A stretch of 64,000 nucleotides of DNA from Chloroflexota bacterium (GCA_009391835.1 QWJF01000001.1:2726-66725), one strand, 5' to 3'; shown: positions 15,948 to 26,490, numbered from the stretch's first letter. A program made the numbers and translations. The notes: generated by a model from the letters alone, not told the origin.

Positions 15948-18274
15948 CCTGCACTCTCCTCATTGTGAACGAAAGCCAGCGCTTTGCCTTCGTTCGAGTC
16001 CATTATAAGCCTCATCGTTGCCCCGCGCAGATAGTCGTCAACTGCAATCACCCGCAAACTATCTTTTAACTGCTTAGAATCAGGCAGCCAATTCTTCAAC
16101 CGATTGGGCGTTGCATAAAAGAAGTCCCGGTTGAAGGCGGCGTCCGCATCATCCAGGTGCACAGCAAGCGGGTAGATCTTCGATTCGATCAAATCCTGGA
16201 AGAAGTGAGTCCCGTACGAAGGCTCCGGTTCGGGGCCAACGCCCTCGCCGGAAATCTCAACCAGGGCGCGTGTGTTGTAGATATCCGCGTAGCGCACGCT
16301 GACGCCCAGATCGGGGTTTACGGTGCCCCAGCGCCCAGGCCCCACACAGATAAACCTCTCTCCTTCCAGCGCTTTGTTAAGCTTACCTACCGCCCGCGTC
16401 AGTTGGCCACGCGCCTCGACGCTGGGTAGCGCGTAATAGCCTTCGTGGGGCACGAAAAGCACGTAGCGGATGCCCTCCACCTGTCCATGCGGCGCCACTT
16501 TGCGCGTGCTAAAGACGATCTGCTTTTCATCCAGCTTATCGGGCAAGCGCACTTGTTGATCCTGCAAATAGCTTTGCGGGCGGCATTGCAAAATAAACAT
16601 TTTGATCTCCGCTTTGCCCCCCTCTTGGCGGAATTGTATGGTGAATTCCATATCCACCGGCGATTTATAATGCTCCTCGAGATGCGCCAAGGCCCGTCGC
16701 ATGCGGTCGGCAAAGGGTGTCTTACGCAGGACTCCGTCCAATGTCAGCACCAAGTCGCCACCTTCGGGAATTAATTTGGAGCGAAGCGGCGAGATGTCGT
16801 CGCCCTTGTAGACCGAGGCCAACAGGCGCACTTGTGGATGCTGGGTATCCAGCACCTCGTTCACTGGTAGGCTCCTGAATTTATTTGCCTTGATATCAAT
16901 CAGGTCCACCTGATGTTGCGAATAAGTGCGAACGCTGCGGCTATCGGCCTGGGCGCGCAATTCCGGATGGCTAAGCGCCACCAACCGTGGATAATCATTG
17001 CCCACCCGGTCCACGGCTCGCGTCCCCAAGCCCCACACCAGCCGCAGAAAGCCATCCTCCTGCCGGATTTGGGGCGACCAGCGAAAGAGGTTGCGGCTGA
17101 AGGCGACCCCAGCCAGATGCGGCAAATAGTAATCGCCCAGTCGCTCGCCCTGCACCACCTGGATTAACACAGCCAGCCGCTCATCGTAATCCTGCAATCC
17201 GTTGGCCCGCCGGTAGAGCAGCGCATCTGGGTTCAATCCGCTGGCATACACCTTAGCGATCGCCTCGGTCAGCTCGTGTAAGTTCTCTTCTGGGCTGCCC
17301 TGGTTGGCGCAGAAGTAGCTCTCGTACTTTCCGGCAAAGGCCGAGCCGAAGTTATCCTCCAGTAGGCTCGAGGACCGCACGATGATCGGATAGTCGCTTA
17401 CTTTTACGAGCAGCAGTCTCAGTTCATCGAGCACGTCTTCAGGAAATTCCCCCGCCATGTAATCAGCCAGAATGCGTGGATAATCCGCACGGATTTCCTC
17501 ATCGTCTTTGTATTTTTGATCCCCCCAATGCATCAGACCGTTGTTTGCCATGAAAGCATACATCACGTCTGCACCCAAATAATAGGATTCGGGGATGGTC
17601 ACATTCTGGACGATATCCTCCTCGGCCACCCCTTGCAATATGCGCAGCGCCAGCAGCATGCCCGCCGCCTTGCCGCCTATACGCCCCTTGCCAATCTTGT
17701 GGCGACGGATAGCGATCAAATCGTCCAGTGAGAACCAATCTTTGGCGATGTTCAGGTAGGCCAATTGGTCCGAAATCGTTGAGCGAATTAACACGACTTT
17801 GATCTCGCGCTCACGGGCTTCATATTTCACGCGTTCTTTGGGGCTGAGCCGGGCAATCGCCTTGGCTTGTTCGAACAACGCCCCCTGGGGTGCCAATTCG
17901 GGGTTGAAAGAACGGAGCAAATCGTCGCTTTCCGCTCCTTGCACTGCCAGCGCTTTGCGCACCAATTCCTCGAACAGATCATAGGGGAGGTTGTTGGCAA
18001 AATGCAGGTCAGTGAGTTGGCTGCGCACGGCATCCAGGCGCACCGTCCACTCCTCATGGGGTTCCTCGGCGTATGGGTCCTTTAAGCCTTCTCGCGCTTG
18101 CGAATCAATGGCCTGCTGGCGCACGTAATCCTCAAAATTATCGGACGAAAGGATGCCTCGCTCAAACAACTCCTTGCGCATCATGCTGCGGATACGCCGT
18201 TGCAGTATCGGATATTGAGTTAGCGCCAGATAGATGCGGAAGGCGGGGTCAACAGAAGTCAGCGGTAAGGTCAT
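15944..18274 (-). CDS. PEP/pyruvate-binding (PPDK_N ATP-grasp) domain protein with uncharacterised N- and C-terminal regions
   Basis: IGGKAAGMLLA near residue 200 and ...FILQCRPQS at the end of the ATP-grasp-like region. I saw no phosphohistidine swivel motif. Confidence 0.6.
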   Translation of the reverse strand: MTLPLTSVDPAFRIYLALTQYPILQRRIRSMMRKELFERGILSSDNFEDYVRQQAIDSQAREGLKDPYAEEPHEEWTVRLDAVRSQLTDLHFANNLPYDLFEELVRKALAVQGAESDDLLRSFNPELAPQGALFEQAKAIARLSPKERVKYEAREREIKVVLIRSTISDQLAYLNIAKDWFSLDDLIAIRRHKIGKGRIGGKAAGMLLALRILQGVAEEDIVQNVTIPESYYLGADVMYAFMANNGLMHWGDQKYKDDEEIRADYPRILADYMAGEFPEDVLDELRLLLVKVSDYPIIVRSSSLLEDNFGSAFAGKYESYFCANQGSPEENLHELTEAIAKVYASGLNPDALLYRRANGLQDYDERLAVLIQVVQGERLGDYYLPHLAGVAFSRNLFRWSPQIRQEDGFLRLVWGLGTRAVDRVGNDYPRLVALSHPELRAQADSRSVRTYSQHQVDLIDIKANKFRSLPVNEVLDTQHPQVRLLASVYKGDDISPLRSKLIPEGGDLVLTLDGVLRKTPFADRMRRALAHLEEHYKSPVDMEFTIQFRQEGGKAEIKMFILQCRPQSYLQDQQVRLPDKLDEKQIVFSTRKVAPHGQVEGIRYVLFVPHEGYYALPSVEARGQLTRAVGKLNKALEGERFICVGPGRWGTVNPDLGVSVRYADIYNTRALVEISGEGVGPEPEPSYGTHFFQDLIESKIYPLAVHLDDADAAFNRDFFYATPNRLKNWLPDSKQLKDSLRVIAVDDYLRGATMRLIMDSNEGKALAFVHNEESAG

Positions 18275-18348
18275 TTTGAAAGATGAAATCAGCCTATAGG
18301 GCGTTGCGAGAGAATTATGCGATTGTAATCGTTCGGTGGGGCTGTTGC

Positions 18349-19482
18349 TTATTTGCCCAGATGCATCGGCATGATCACATGCAGGAAGCGGTCGTCGTCC
18401 ATTGGCCGCACCACGCCTGGAGCCGCGGCGGCCGAGGTCTCCAGCGCCACATTGGCGCCGTTCACCACCTCGAGCACTTCCCGCAAATAACGCACGTTGA
18501 AGGCGATCAACACCGCATCACCCTCCACGGTAGCGTCCACTTTGGCTTCGTTGGAGCCGGTTTCATCCGATTGCGCCGAAACCACCATCGTGCCCGGTTC
18601 TTTGCCTTCGCCCGGGGTGATGTTAAGCCGCGCAATATGCGAACTTTCGCGGGCGAATATCTCCGCCTGCTTAGCGCCTTTGAGGAAAGCGTCGGTGGCC
18701 AGGATCGTGCGCGTTTTGTGGCCTGCCGGGATGATCTGCTGGTATTCGGGGAAGCTGCCCTCCACCAACTGGCAGCGCACTTCTACATCCTTCAGTGTGA
18801 ACACCACCTGGCCGCGGCCGGGCGGCAGCACCATGCGCACTTTTTCCTTGCCATCACCTACCACACGGGCCAGTTCATTCAAAGCCCGTGAAGGCACAAT
18901 CGCTCGGATGGCCTCTTCCACCGGGGCACTCAGCTCGTAGGTTCTCACGGAAAGCCGGAATCCGTCGGCGGCGGCCATCGTCATCGTGCTGCCCTCAACC
19001 GTGATTAGCACGCCGGTCAACACGGGTCGAGCATCGTCGCGCGAAGCAGCAAACACCACTTGCCGAATCATCTCTTTCAAATCGTCAACCGGCAATTCGA
19101 TGCCCCCATCCCCATCTGGTTCGGGCATCGGCGGGAATTCCTGCGCGTCGATGCCTTTGATCTCGGCGGTGGAACGGCCCGCGCTGAGTTGCAGTGTTTG
19201 GGTGCGCACCACCAATTCCATATCAATGGTATCGCTGGGTAGTGTGCTCACCAAATCGGTGAAGGTGCGCGCCGGCACTGTCGTTGCGCCCGCTTCCTCA
19301 ACCTTGGCGCCGATCCATGAGGTGATCCCCAGTTCGCGGTCAGTGGCCGAGAGCCGCAGTCGCCCATCTTCTGCCGAGACCAGCACATTTGCCAGAATCG
19401 GATACGTGCTGCGCGCGGAAACAGCGCGTGAAACCACGCTCAGGCCGTGTGCGAGATTCTCTTGTAGAACAGAAACCTTCAT
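18349..19482 (-). CDS. dnaN: DNA polymerase III beta sliding clamp
   Basis: 377 aa: MKVSVLQENLAHGLS...YPILANVL...; three-domain clamp length and sequence. Confidence 0.9.
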   Translation of the reverse strand: MKVSVLQENLAHGLSVVSRAVSARSTYPILANVLVSAEDGRLRLSATDRELGITSWIGAKVEEAGATTVPARTFTDLVSTLPSDTIDMELVVRTQTLQLSAGRSTAEIKGIDAQEFPPMPEPDGDGGIELPVDDLKEMIRQVVFAASRDDARPVLTGVLITVEGSTMTMAAADGFRLSVRTYELSAPVEEAIRAIVPSRALNELARVVGDGKEKVRMVLPPGRGQVVFTLKDVEVRCQLVEGSFPEYQQIIPAGHKTRTILATDAFLKGAKQAEIFARESSHIARLNITPGEGKEPGTMVVSAQSDETGSNEAKVDATVEGDAVLIAFNVRYLREVLEVVNGANVALETSAAAAPGVVRPMDDDRFLHVIMPMHLGK

Positions 19483-19579
19483 GGGTGGGGAACTCCCTAG
19501 ATTTCTTTTGAGTATAACACTGAGGTCGCCCCTTTTTTCGCCAAAAGCCGACCTCTCGCGTTAAAACCCTGTCGCGTCG

Positions 19580-20866
19580 CTAAATCCAACCGCGCAATTC
19601 CATCGCTTTGACCACCGCGCCAATCGCCACCATGTAGGCCGCGTCGCGCATGCCAACGCCTTCGCCGGCAGAGAGGGCCAACACCTTGTTGAAGGCTGCC
19701 GTGATTTTGGTATCCAGTCGGCCTAGGACTTCTTCCTCGGTCCAGTAATAGTTCATGTCGTTTTGTACCCCCTCAAAATATGAAACTGTCACTCCGCCCG
19801 CATTGCACAGGAAATCCGGAATCACAAACACGCCGCGCCCCGCAAGCACTTCATCCGCCTCGGGTGTGGTTGGGCCATTGGCGCCTTCAGCCACAACTTT
19901 CACTTTTTCGCTCATCTTGGTAACGCTCTCAGCATTGATCTGGCCTTCAAGCGCCGCCGGAATAATGATGTCCACGTCTCTTTCGATCCACAATTCCCCA
20001 GCTTCCAGTGTGTAGCCCGCCTCGCGCGCCTGGTTCTTGTCAATGGTTCCGTATTCATCCGTAATGCCTTGCAAGAAGGCCACATTCAGCCCGTCTTTGC
20101 CACACAAGGTGTATGAAGTTTTGTCTTCATGATCCCAAAATGAGACGCAGTCCACTTTGCCACCCAATTGCTGCGAAAAAGCCAGGGCTGCGTATTGGGC
20201 TACGTTGCCAAATCCCTGGAAGGCCGCGCTGGTCTTGGCTGGGTCCAACTTGAGGTGTTTCATTGCTTCACGTAATGTATAAATGACGCCGTAGCCGGTG
20301 GCCTCTTTGCGACCATGCGAGCCGCCGCTGCCCACCGGCTTACCGGTGATCACTCCCGGTGTAAATTCACCCACAGCCTTAGAGTATTGGTCCATCATCC
20401 AGCTCATCATTTGCGGCGAGGTGCCTACATCGGGCGCCGGAACGTCCAGTCGTGGCCCCAAATTGCGGTAAAGCTGGTCAATCCAGCCGCGGCACAGCCG
20501 CTCCTTTTCATCTCGCGCCAGCGACGCCGAATCCACGGCCACGCCCCCCTTGGCGCCGCCCAGTGGCAAATCCGCCACCGCGCATTTCCAGGTCATCCAC
20601 ATCGCCAGCGCCCGCACCGTATCCATTGTTTCCGAGGGGTGAAAGCGGATGCCGCCCTTGGAAGGGCCGCGGGCATCATTGTGCTGCACCCGGTAGCCAA
20701 AAAACACTTTCGTGCTCCCGTCTTCCATCTTGACCGGGATTTGAAATTTGAATTCCCGCGTGGGCCAGCGCAACATTTCTGCAACCTGCGGTTCGAGCTG
20801 CAACCGGTTCGCCACATGGTCGAATTGCCTTTGGGCCATCTTGAAAGCATTGGTGATCTCAGTCAT
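19580..20866 (-). CDS. gdhA: Glutamate dehydrogenase (Glu/Leu/Phe/Val dehydrogenase family)
   Basis: GPSKGGIRFHP, LPLGGAKGG, and Rossmann GFGNVAQY. Confidence 0.88.
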   Translation of the reverse strand: MTEITNAFKMAQRQFDHVANRLQLEPQVAEMLRWPTREFKFQIPVKMEDGSTKVFFGYRVQHNDARGPSKGGIRFHPSETMDTVRALAMWMTWKCAVADLPLGGAKGGVAVDSASLARDEKERLCRGWIDQLYRNLGPRLDVPAPDVGTSPQMMSWMMDQYSKAVGEFTPGVITGKPVGSGGSHGRKEATGYGVIYTLREAMKHLKLDPAKTSAAFQGFGNVAQYAALAFSQQLGGKVDCVSFWDHEDKTSYTLCGKDGLNVAFLQGITDEYGTIDKNQAREAGYTLEAGELWIERDVDIIIPAALEGQINAESVTKMSEKVKVVAEGANGPTTPEADEVLAGRGVFVIPDFLCNAGGVTVSYFEGVQNDMNYYWTEEEVLGRLDTKITAAFNKVLALSAGEGVGMRDAAYMVAIGAVVKAMELRGWI

Positions 20867-21037
20867 GCAATCTCCTGAAATTTGTGCTTTAAAAAATTAT
20901 GCGAGCATCTCGGTCTGATGCCCGCATTGGGTTAAGCAAAGATATGCCTCGCGGTCGCTTGATGGACCCTTGCTCTTGCTTTGGCATTGGGCGCTAACGA
21001 TAACGCACTCCAACAGCAGCGTCAAGGGAGGGGGCCG

Positions 21038-21598
21038 CTAGGCGTATTGCGGCAGGTGAACACGCACCTCATCCCCCTTGCGAATCCTTCCAGGCCGTTC
21101 CACCCAGCCAACCACACCGCGCTTGCCAATGGCTCGTTTGGGAAAGGACTTTGTCAGGTCTTCGTGGTGCGGATAATTTTCCTGGATCACACGCCCTGCC
21201 GTTGTGCAGGGCATATTTTCTTCTTCGACAACCAACCCCACCTCGTCGCCAATCGTTAGTCGAGAACCGATGGGAAGTTTCGATAACTCCAGTATTCCTG
21301 AAACCAGCAGGTTGGCGCTTACCCAGCTGGCTTCTATCTTGGGCAGGCCCATAGTGCCCGCAACTTCATCCATTTCCTCGACCGAAATGATCGAAATCTG
21401 GCGCGTGTTGCGCACTTCCGTTCCCTTGGGATAGCGCTTCTGGCTGCCGCCAGCTTTCATCGTGGCCCCAAAATGCTTGTCGCCCACGAAGCCGTCAAAG
21501 GTCACTTCGACCTCGGGCAATTCATGCCCGCCTGAGCCGTTTTCCTTCGGGATAACAAACACACCTTCGATCTTCCCGGTCATCACTTTTGCGTTCAT
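21038..21598 (-). CDS. MOSC domain-containing protein
   Basis: SANLLVSG...IGSRLTIGDEVGLVVEEENMPCTT resembles the MOSC beta-barrel with a conserved Cys. ATGA overlap with gatB. Confidence 0.6.
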   Translation of the reverse strand: MNAKVMTGKIEGVFVIPKENGSGGHELPEVEVTFDGFVGDKHFGATMKAGGSQKRYPKGTEVRNTRQISIISVEEMDEVAGTMGLPKIEASWVSANLLVSGILELSKLPIGSRLTIGDEVGLVVEEENMPCTTAGRVIQENYPHHEDLTKSFPKRAIGKRGVVGWVERPGRIRKGDEVRVHLPQYA

Positions 21599-23073
21599 GA
21601 GGCCTCCTTTTGCGCGCGCGCCGCATCCAGCTGGACGCGTAATGCCTGCCGTAGCAATGTGGGGTTGGCCTTGCCCTGGCTGGCCAGCATCGCCTGGCCA
21701 AAGAACCAGTTGAGCACTTCGTCCTTGCCCGCCACGTAATCGGCCACCTGCTGGCTATTTTTCTGGATCACACGCTCGGCCAACTCACCAATATCTGTTT
21801 CGCTGGAGATTTGTGCCAGTCCGCGCGCCTGCACAAGCTCCTTTGGTTTTTTGCCATTTGCCGCCATTTCACTCAACACGCTCCGCGCACTGCTTGCGTT
21901 GATCTCACCACTGGCCACCATATCTACCAGTTCAGCGAACGGCTCTGGGCCAAAGGGCAGGCTTTCAATGCTGTAGCCATCCTTGTTGAGTAGTTCAAAT
22001 AGCGGACCCGTAATCCAGTTTGCCAGCATTTTCGCGTCCGCCTTGTGGATTGCCCCAAGCGCGGCGTCAAAAAACTCAGCAACGCTGCGCTCGGCCACCA
22101 GCAATCCGGCATCGTAATCGCTCAACCCGACCATTTCAACAAAGCGTTTGCGTTTCTCCTGTGGCAATTCGGGCAAATCGGCCTCGATCTCCCGCACCCA
22201 TTTGTCGTCCACCACCAGCGGCGGCAGGTCGGGTTCCGGAAAATAACGGTAGTCCTCCGCAACTTCCTTGGAACGCTGCGCTTGTGTGCTGCCGCGTACG
22301 TCGTCCCAACCCAAGGTTTGCTGCTGCACTGCACCGCCCGCGTCCACCAGTTCTGCTTGTCTGGCCAATTCAAATTCCAGGGCCCGCTCCAGCGAGCGGA
22401 AACTGTTCAGGTTTTTGATCTCCACCCGCGTGCTTAATGCCTGGCTGCCGCGTTCCCGGATCGAAATATTTGGCTCGATTCGCAGTAATCCCTTTTCTAG
22501 GTTCCCTGAATTGACCTCCAGATAGCGCATGATGCTGCGCAGCGCGTAGGCGCAATTGCGCACTGCCTCCACCGTGTGTAAATCCGGTTCGGTGACGATC
22601 TCCAGCAGCGGGACCCCGGATCGGTTGAGATCCACCAGGGTGCGTCGATCGCCGTCCTCGCCCAAATGGGTTAGCTTGCCGGTGTCTTCCTCCAAATGCA
22701 CTCGCCGGATGCCGACCCGCAGCTCGCCTGATTCAGTGGGTATCCGGAGCCAGCCATTGACCGCCAGCGGCTGCTCATATTGCGAGATTTGGAAGCCCTT
22801 GGGCAGGTCGGGGTAAAAATAACTTTTGCGCGCAAAAATGCTGGTCGAATTGATCTCACAATGCAGCGCCAGGGCCACGCGCAGCGCGAATTCCACTGCG
22901 GCCTTATTCAGCACCGGCAGCATCCCGGGCATGCCAGCGCACACCGGGCACACGGCCACATTAGGCTCGTGATGTGTGGAATCCACCACCGGGCAGTCGC
23001 AAAACATCTTGGACTGCGTCTCCATCACCGCATGCACTTCCAGGCCGACCACGGCCTCATATTGTGTAGTCAT
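21595..23073 (-). CDS. gatB: Asp/Glu-tRNA amidotransferase subunit B
   Basis: YEAVVGLEVH...KMFC.C...HLEEDTGK...GatB/YqeY tail. Confidence 0.92.
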   Translation of the reverse strand: MTTQYEAVVGLEVHAVMETQSKMFCDCPVVDSTHHEPNVAVCPVCAGMPGMLPVLNKAAVEFALRVALALHCEINSTSIFARKSYFYPDLPKGFQISQYEQPLAVNGWLRIPTESGELRVGIRRVHLEEDTGKLTHLGEDGDRRTLVDLNRSGVPLLEIVTEPDLHTVEAVRNCAYALRSIMRYLEVNSGNLEKGLLRIEPNISIRERGSQALSTRVEIKNLNSFRSLERALEFELARQAELVDAGGAVQQQTLGWDDVRGSTQAQRSKEVAEDYRYFPEPDLPPLVVDDKWVREIEADLPELPQEKRKRFVEMVGLSDYDAGLLVAERSVAEFFDAALGAIHKADAKMLANWITGPLFELLNKDGYSIESLPFGPEPFAELVDMVASGEINASSARSVLSEMAANGKKPKELVQARGLAQISSETDIGELAERVIQKNSQQVADYVAGKDEVLNWFFGQAMLASQGKANPTLLRQALRVQLDAARAQKEAS

Positions 23074-23088
23074 CGAATGATGATGGCC

Positions 23089-24102
23089 CTACTCGCCCTC
23101 AACCTGTGAATCATCCCCCACGTTCACCTTGCCGCGCACCCCGCGCACCAGGCTGCGCTCCCCCAGCAGTGAGGCATGCAGGGTGGATTGCTCCACCTGC
23201 GCACCTGCTTCCAGTACGCTATCGGCAATCTGGCTATCGCGCACCACGCAGTCCCTGCCAATGGAAACGTGCGGTCCAAGCGTGGAGTTCTCGACCTTGG
23301 CGCTGGGGTGCACGAAGACTGGTGCGTTTACCGTGATCCCGGGGCGCTTGGACACCTCATCCGAATTGTCGCGGCCATTGGCCAGCAAGTGCCGGTTGGT
23401 GTGCAGCACGGTTTCAGGCATGCCGGCATCCAGCCATACATCCACCGTTTCCGGGCGCAGTTTCAAGCCCTTCTTCAACATCAAATCAATGGCATCGGCC
23501 AGGAAAAATTCATTCCTGGTCTGCATATCCTGGCCGATCTGCTCATCAATGGCGGCCAGCAAATCTTCTCCCCGCTTGAAGTAATAAATGCCCACGATGG
23601 CCAGCTTGTTGCGGTCGTTGTCGGGCTTCTCGATCAAGCCCTGCACCCAGCCATCTTCGCCCACATCCACCACGCCGAAACGTCGCGGGTCTTCCACCTC
23701 TTTGACCCAAATCACCGCATCCACCTCCTCGTCCGCGAGGAACGAAAAATCGGTGTCAATCAAGGTGTCCACGAAAACGATCAGCATCGGTCCGTGCATG
23801 TGCTCGCGCGCCATCGCGATGGCATGTGATTGGCCGCGCAATTCAGTCTGCTGCACATAATGCGCCTTAATCTGCGGATAGTTGGCCGCCATGTAGGCCT
23901 TCACCTGCTCGCCCAGGTAGCCCACGATAAATACCATCTCTGCCGAATCGGCATCCGGCACGCTTTCCAACACATGCAGCACGTGCCCGAGCACTGTGTT
24001 GCCCGCCGCGCTGACCAGCGGCTTGGGCCGGCTCCAGGTATGCGGGCGCATGCGCGTGCCAAAGCCGGCCATCGGCACGATGATCTTAAAGGGATCAGCC
24101 AT
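23089..24102 (-). CDS. Sugar-phosphate nucleotidyltransferase (NTP_transferase + left-handed beta-helix C-terminus)
   Basis: IIVPMAGFGTRMRP...KPL N-terminal signature. Hexapeptide-like C-terminal repeats. Confidence 0.75.
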   Translation of the reverse strand: MADPFKIIVPMAGFGTRMRPHTWSRPKPLVSAAGNTVLGHVLHVLESVPDADSAEMVFIVGYLGEQVKAYMAANYPQIKAHYVQQTELRGQSHAIAMAREHMHGPMLIVFVDTLIDTDFSFLADEEVDAVIWVKEVEDPRRFGVVDVGEDGWVQGLIEKPDNDRNKLAIVGIYYFKRGEDLLAAIDEQIGQDMQTRNEFFLADAIDLMLKKGLKLRPETVDVWLDAGMPETVLHTNRHLLANGRDNSDEVSKRPGITVNAPVFVHPSAKVENSTLGPHVSIGRDCVVRDSQIADSVLEAGAQVEQSTLHASLLGERSLVRGVRGKVNVGDDSQVEGE

Positions 24103-24706
24103 CTGGCTCCAGCTTGCGGCACACCAACAGGCCTTTGCCCACCGGCAGCACTACGGCGTCCACTGTCTTATCTTTGCGGGCCTGCTTTAGCAGCGGCGCC
24201 AGCGTCTCCGCGTGGCTGGTGAAGTTATCTGCTACCAAGAGCCCCCCCGGGATCAACTTGGGCACCAGCAGTTCATAAAACTCCACGTACATTTCTTTTT
24301 CGGCATCCAGGAAGCAAAACGCGATTTCTTCAAGTTCTGACAAATGCCCGCGCGCGTCCCCGTGCACAAGTTCAATGGCATCCTCAACCGCCGCTTTTTT
24401 GAATGTTTCGCGCGCCATTTCGGCTTTCTCGGGCAACAGTTCATAGGTCACGAGCCGGCTGCCCCGCAGTTTGCTCGCAAGTGAAAGCCAAAGGGCAGAA
24501 TATCCTGCGCTAGTGCCAATCTCGAGCAAAGGTCCCGGTGGAGAGCTTGAGGCTAGCAGCGCCAAAAACATGCCCGTTTCCGGGGGAATCTGGCGCAGCC
24601 GTTTCAAATCAGAGGTTCCGTCGGAGCGATCGCGCGCGTCCTGTTCTTCCATCGCCTGCATCCGATCCAAGATTGGCTTGGGGATATCACTAAACAGTGT
24701 CTTCAT
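24095..24706 (-). CDS. Class I SAM-dependent O-methyltransferase (family 3, CCoAOMT-like)
   Basis: LLEIGTSAGYSALWL SAM-binding motif and DAEKEMY. Confidence 0.72.
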   Translation of the reverse strand: MKTLFSDIPKPILDRMQAMEEQDARDRSDGTSDLKRLRQIPPETGMFLALLASSSPPGPLLEIGTSAGYSALWLSLASKLRGSRLVTYELLPEKAEMARETFKKAAVEDAIELVHGDARGHLSELEEIAFCFLDAEKEMYVEFYELLVPKLIPGGLLVADNFTSHAETLAPLLKQARKDKTVDAVVLPVGKGLLVCRKLEPDG

Positions 24707-24737
24707 GGTTTCCTCACCTAATTTTACCTTTCGGTCA

Positions 24738-26198
24738 TTAAACGCTAGGCCGCTTTAAATGCCAGTCTGTGGTCATTTGGTAGGCATGCGCGGCTTGCAA
24801 CAATTTTGTCTCTGCGAAGTGCGGTGCGAACAACTGCATGCCAATCGGCAGGCCGCCTTCATCAAAGCCCACTGGCACCGAGATGCCCGGGATGCCTGCC
24901 AGGCTGGAGGGCAGCGTAAACACATCTTGCAAATACATCTCCAGCGGATCATCACTATGCTCGCCAATGCGGAAGGCCGTCGTGGGCGTAGTGGGCCCGG
25001 CAATCAAATCAACCTGCTCAAAGGCCGCTTCAAAGTCGCGCTGGATAAGCGTACGCACCTTTTGCGCCTGCCCGTAATACGTATCGTAATAGCCGGCCGA
25101 TAAAGCGTAGGTTCCGATCATAATGCGGCGTTTCACTTCCGGGCCAAAGCCTTCGCCGCGCGTGCGTTTAAACATTTCGATCACGTCTGCATCCTTCACT
25201 CGCAGCCCATAGCGCACCCCGTCAAAGCGGGCCAGGTTGGCCGAGGCTTCCGCCGGCGCCAAAATATAGTACACCGGCAGGGCATATTCCGTATGCGGCA
25301 GACTAATCTCGCGCACCGCGGCGCCCATGTCTGCCAGCGCCTGAATCGCCGCCCGCACCGCGGCCTCCACCGCCGGCTGCACGCCCGCAATAAAGTACTC
25401 GTTCGGCACCCCAATCGTTAGGCCTTTCAGATCTGCCTTTTTTTGTAGCACGGCAGTTTCCACGGGCCGATCAGATGTGCTGGCGTCTTTGGGATCGCGC
25501 CCCGCCATCACGTTCTGCAAGATGGCGATATCCGCCACGCTGCGCCCCAGCACTCCGACGCAATCCAGCGAGGAGCCGAAGGCAATCAGGCCATAGCGCG
25601 AGTTGCGTCCATAGGTGGGCCGCAGCCCGCTTACCCCGGAGAGCGCCGCCGGTTGACGCACACTGCCGCCTGTATCCGTGCCCAATGCAATCGGCGCCAA
25701 TCCACCGGCCACCGCGGCAGCGCTGCCCCCGCTCGAGCCGCCCGGCACCCGCTCCAGATCCCAAGGGTTATGTGTGGTGAAATAGGCTGAATTCTCTGTG
25801 GATGAGCCCATCGCGAATTCGTCTGTGTTGGTTTTTCCGAGCACCAGCATGCCTGCATCAAGCAATCTTTGCACGCTGGTTGCCGTATAGCTCGGCAAGA
25901 AACCCTCCAGGATACGCGAGCCTGCCGTCGCGGGCATATCTGCCACGGCCAGCACGTCTTTGACCGCCAGGGGTACGCCAAGAAGCGGCGGCGCTTCCCG
26001 GTTTTCGCCGCGCTGTTTATCCGCCTGGTCGGCTTGCGTCAAAGCCTGCTCTCCGGCCACATGCAGGAAGGCTTGCAGCGCCCCGTCAAGCTGCTCAATT
26101 CGTTGGAGGAAGGCCGCAGTCAACTCACGGCTGCTAAAGTCCCCCTGCTTTAAGCCTTCGATTGCCTGCCTTAGATCCAGTTCATGCAGCTCGGCCAA
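24738..26198 (-). CDS. gatA: Glu-tRNA(Gln) amidotransferase subunit A
   Basis: Amidase signature GGSSGGSAAAVA. Start refined to TTG 26198 (MAELHELDL...), 4 nt after the gatC stop, giving a typical ~486 aa. Confidence 0.9.
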   Translation of the reverse strand: MAELHELDLRQAIEGLKQGDFSSRELTAAFLQRIEQLDGALQAFLHVAGEQALTQADQADKQRGENREAPPLLGVPLAVKDVLAVADMPATAGSRILEGFLPSYTATSVQRLLDAGMLVLGKTNTDEFAMGSSTENSAYFTTHNPWDLERVPGGSSGGSAAAVAGGLAPIALGTDTGGSVRQPAALSGVSGLRPTYGRNSRYGLIAFGSSLDCVGVLGRSVADIAILQNVMAGRDPKDASTSDRPVETAVLQKKADLKGLTIGVPNEYFIAGVQPAVEAAVRAAIQALADMGAAVREISLPHTEYALPVYYILAPAEASANLARFDGVRYGLRVKDADVIEMFKRTRGEGFGPEVKRRIMIGTYALSAGYYDTYYGQAQKVRTLIQRDFEAAFEQVDLIAGPTTPTTAFRIGEHSDDPLEMYLQDVFTLPSSLAGIPGISVPVGFDEGGLPIGMQLFAPHFAETKLLQAAHAYQMTTDWHLKRPSV

Positions 26199-26202
26199 GG
26201 GT

Positions 26203-26490
26203 TCAGTCCAGCACCGGCGGTACCCGGAATTGGTTGTTTTCGCGGTCCGGAGCGTTGCGCAGCAAATCCTCACGCGGCATGGCGTCGCCCGCTATATCTT
26301 CTCGCAGCCGGCTGCCCTCAAAGATCGCCCCGCTCATCGCCGGCACATCCGTCGTGTCCAGGCTTTGCAGCGCGTCCACATGCGCCAAAATGTCGGAAAG
26401 TTGCTTGCGGAAACGCGCTTTTTCCGCGTCCGAAAGGTGCAACCGGGCCAAATGGGCGATGTGGTCAACGTCTTTCTTGCTTAAGGCCAT
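26203..26490 (-). CDS. gatC: Asp/Glu-tRNA amidotransferase subunit C
   Basis: 95 aa: MALSKKDVDHIAHLARLHLSDAE.... Confidence 0.88.
   Translation of the reverse strand: MALSKKDVDHIAHLARLHLSDAEKARFRKQLSDILAHVDALQSLDTTDVPAMSGAIFEGSRLREDIAGDAMPREDLLRNAPDRENNQFRVPPVLD

Noticed and set aside
18349-19579. The dnaN upstream region as the replication origin.
   Set aside because: The spacer is only 97 bp and is not AT-rich. I found no DnaA-box cluster, and dnaA is absent from the window. The 28891-29255 region is a better, though unproven, candidate.
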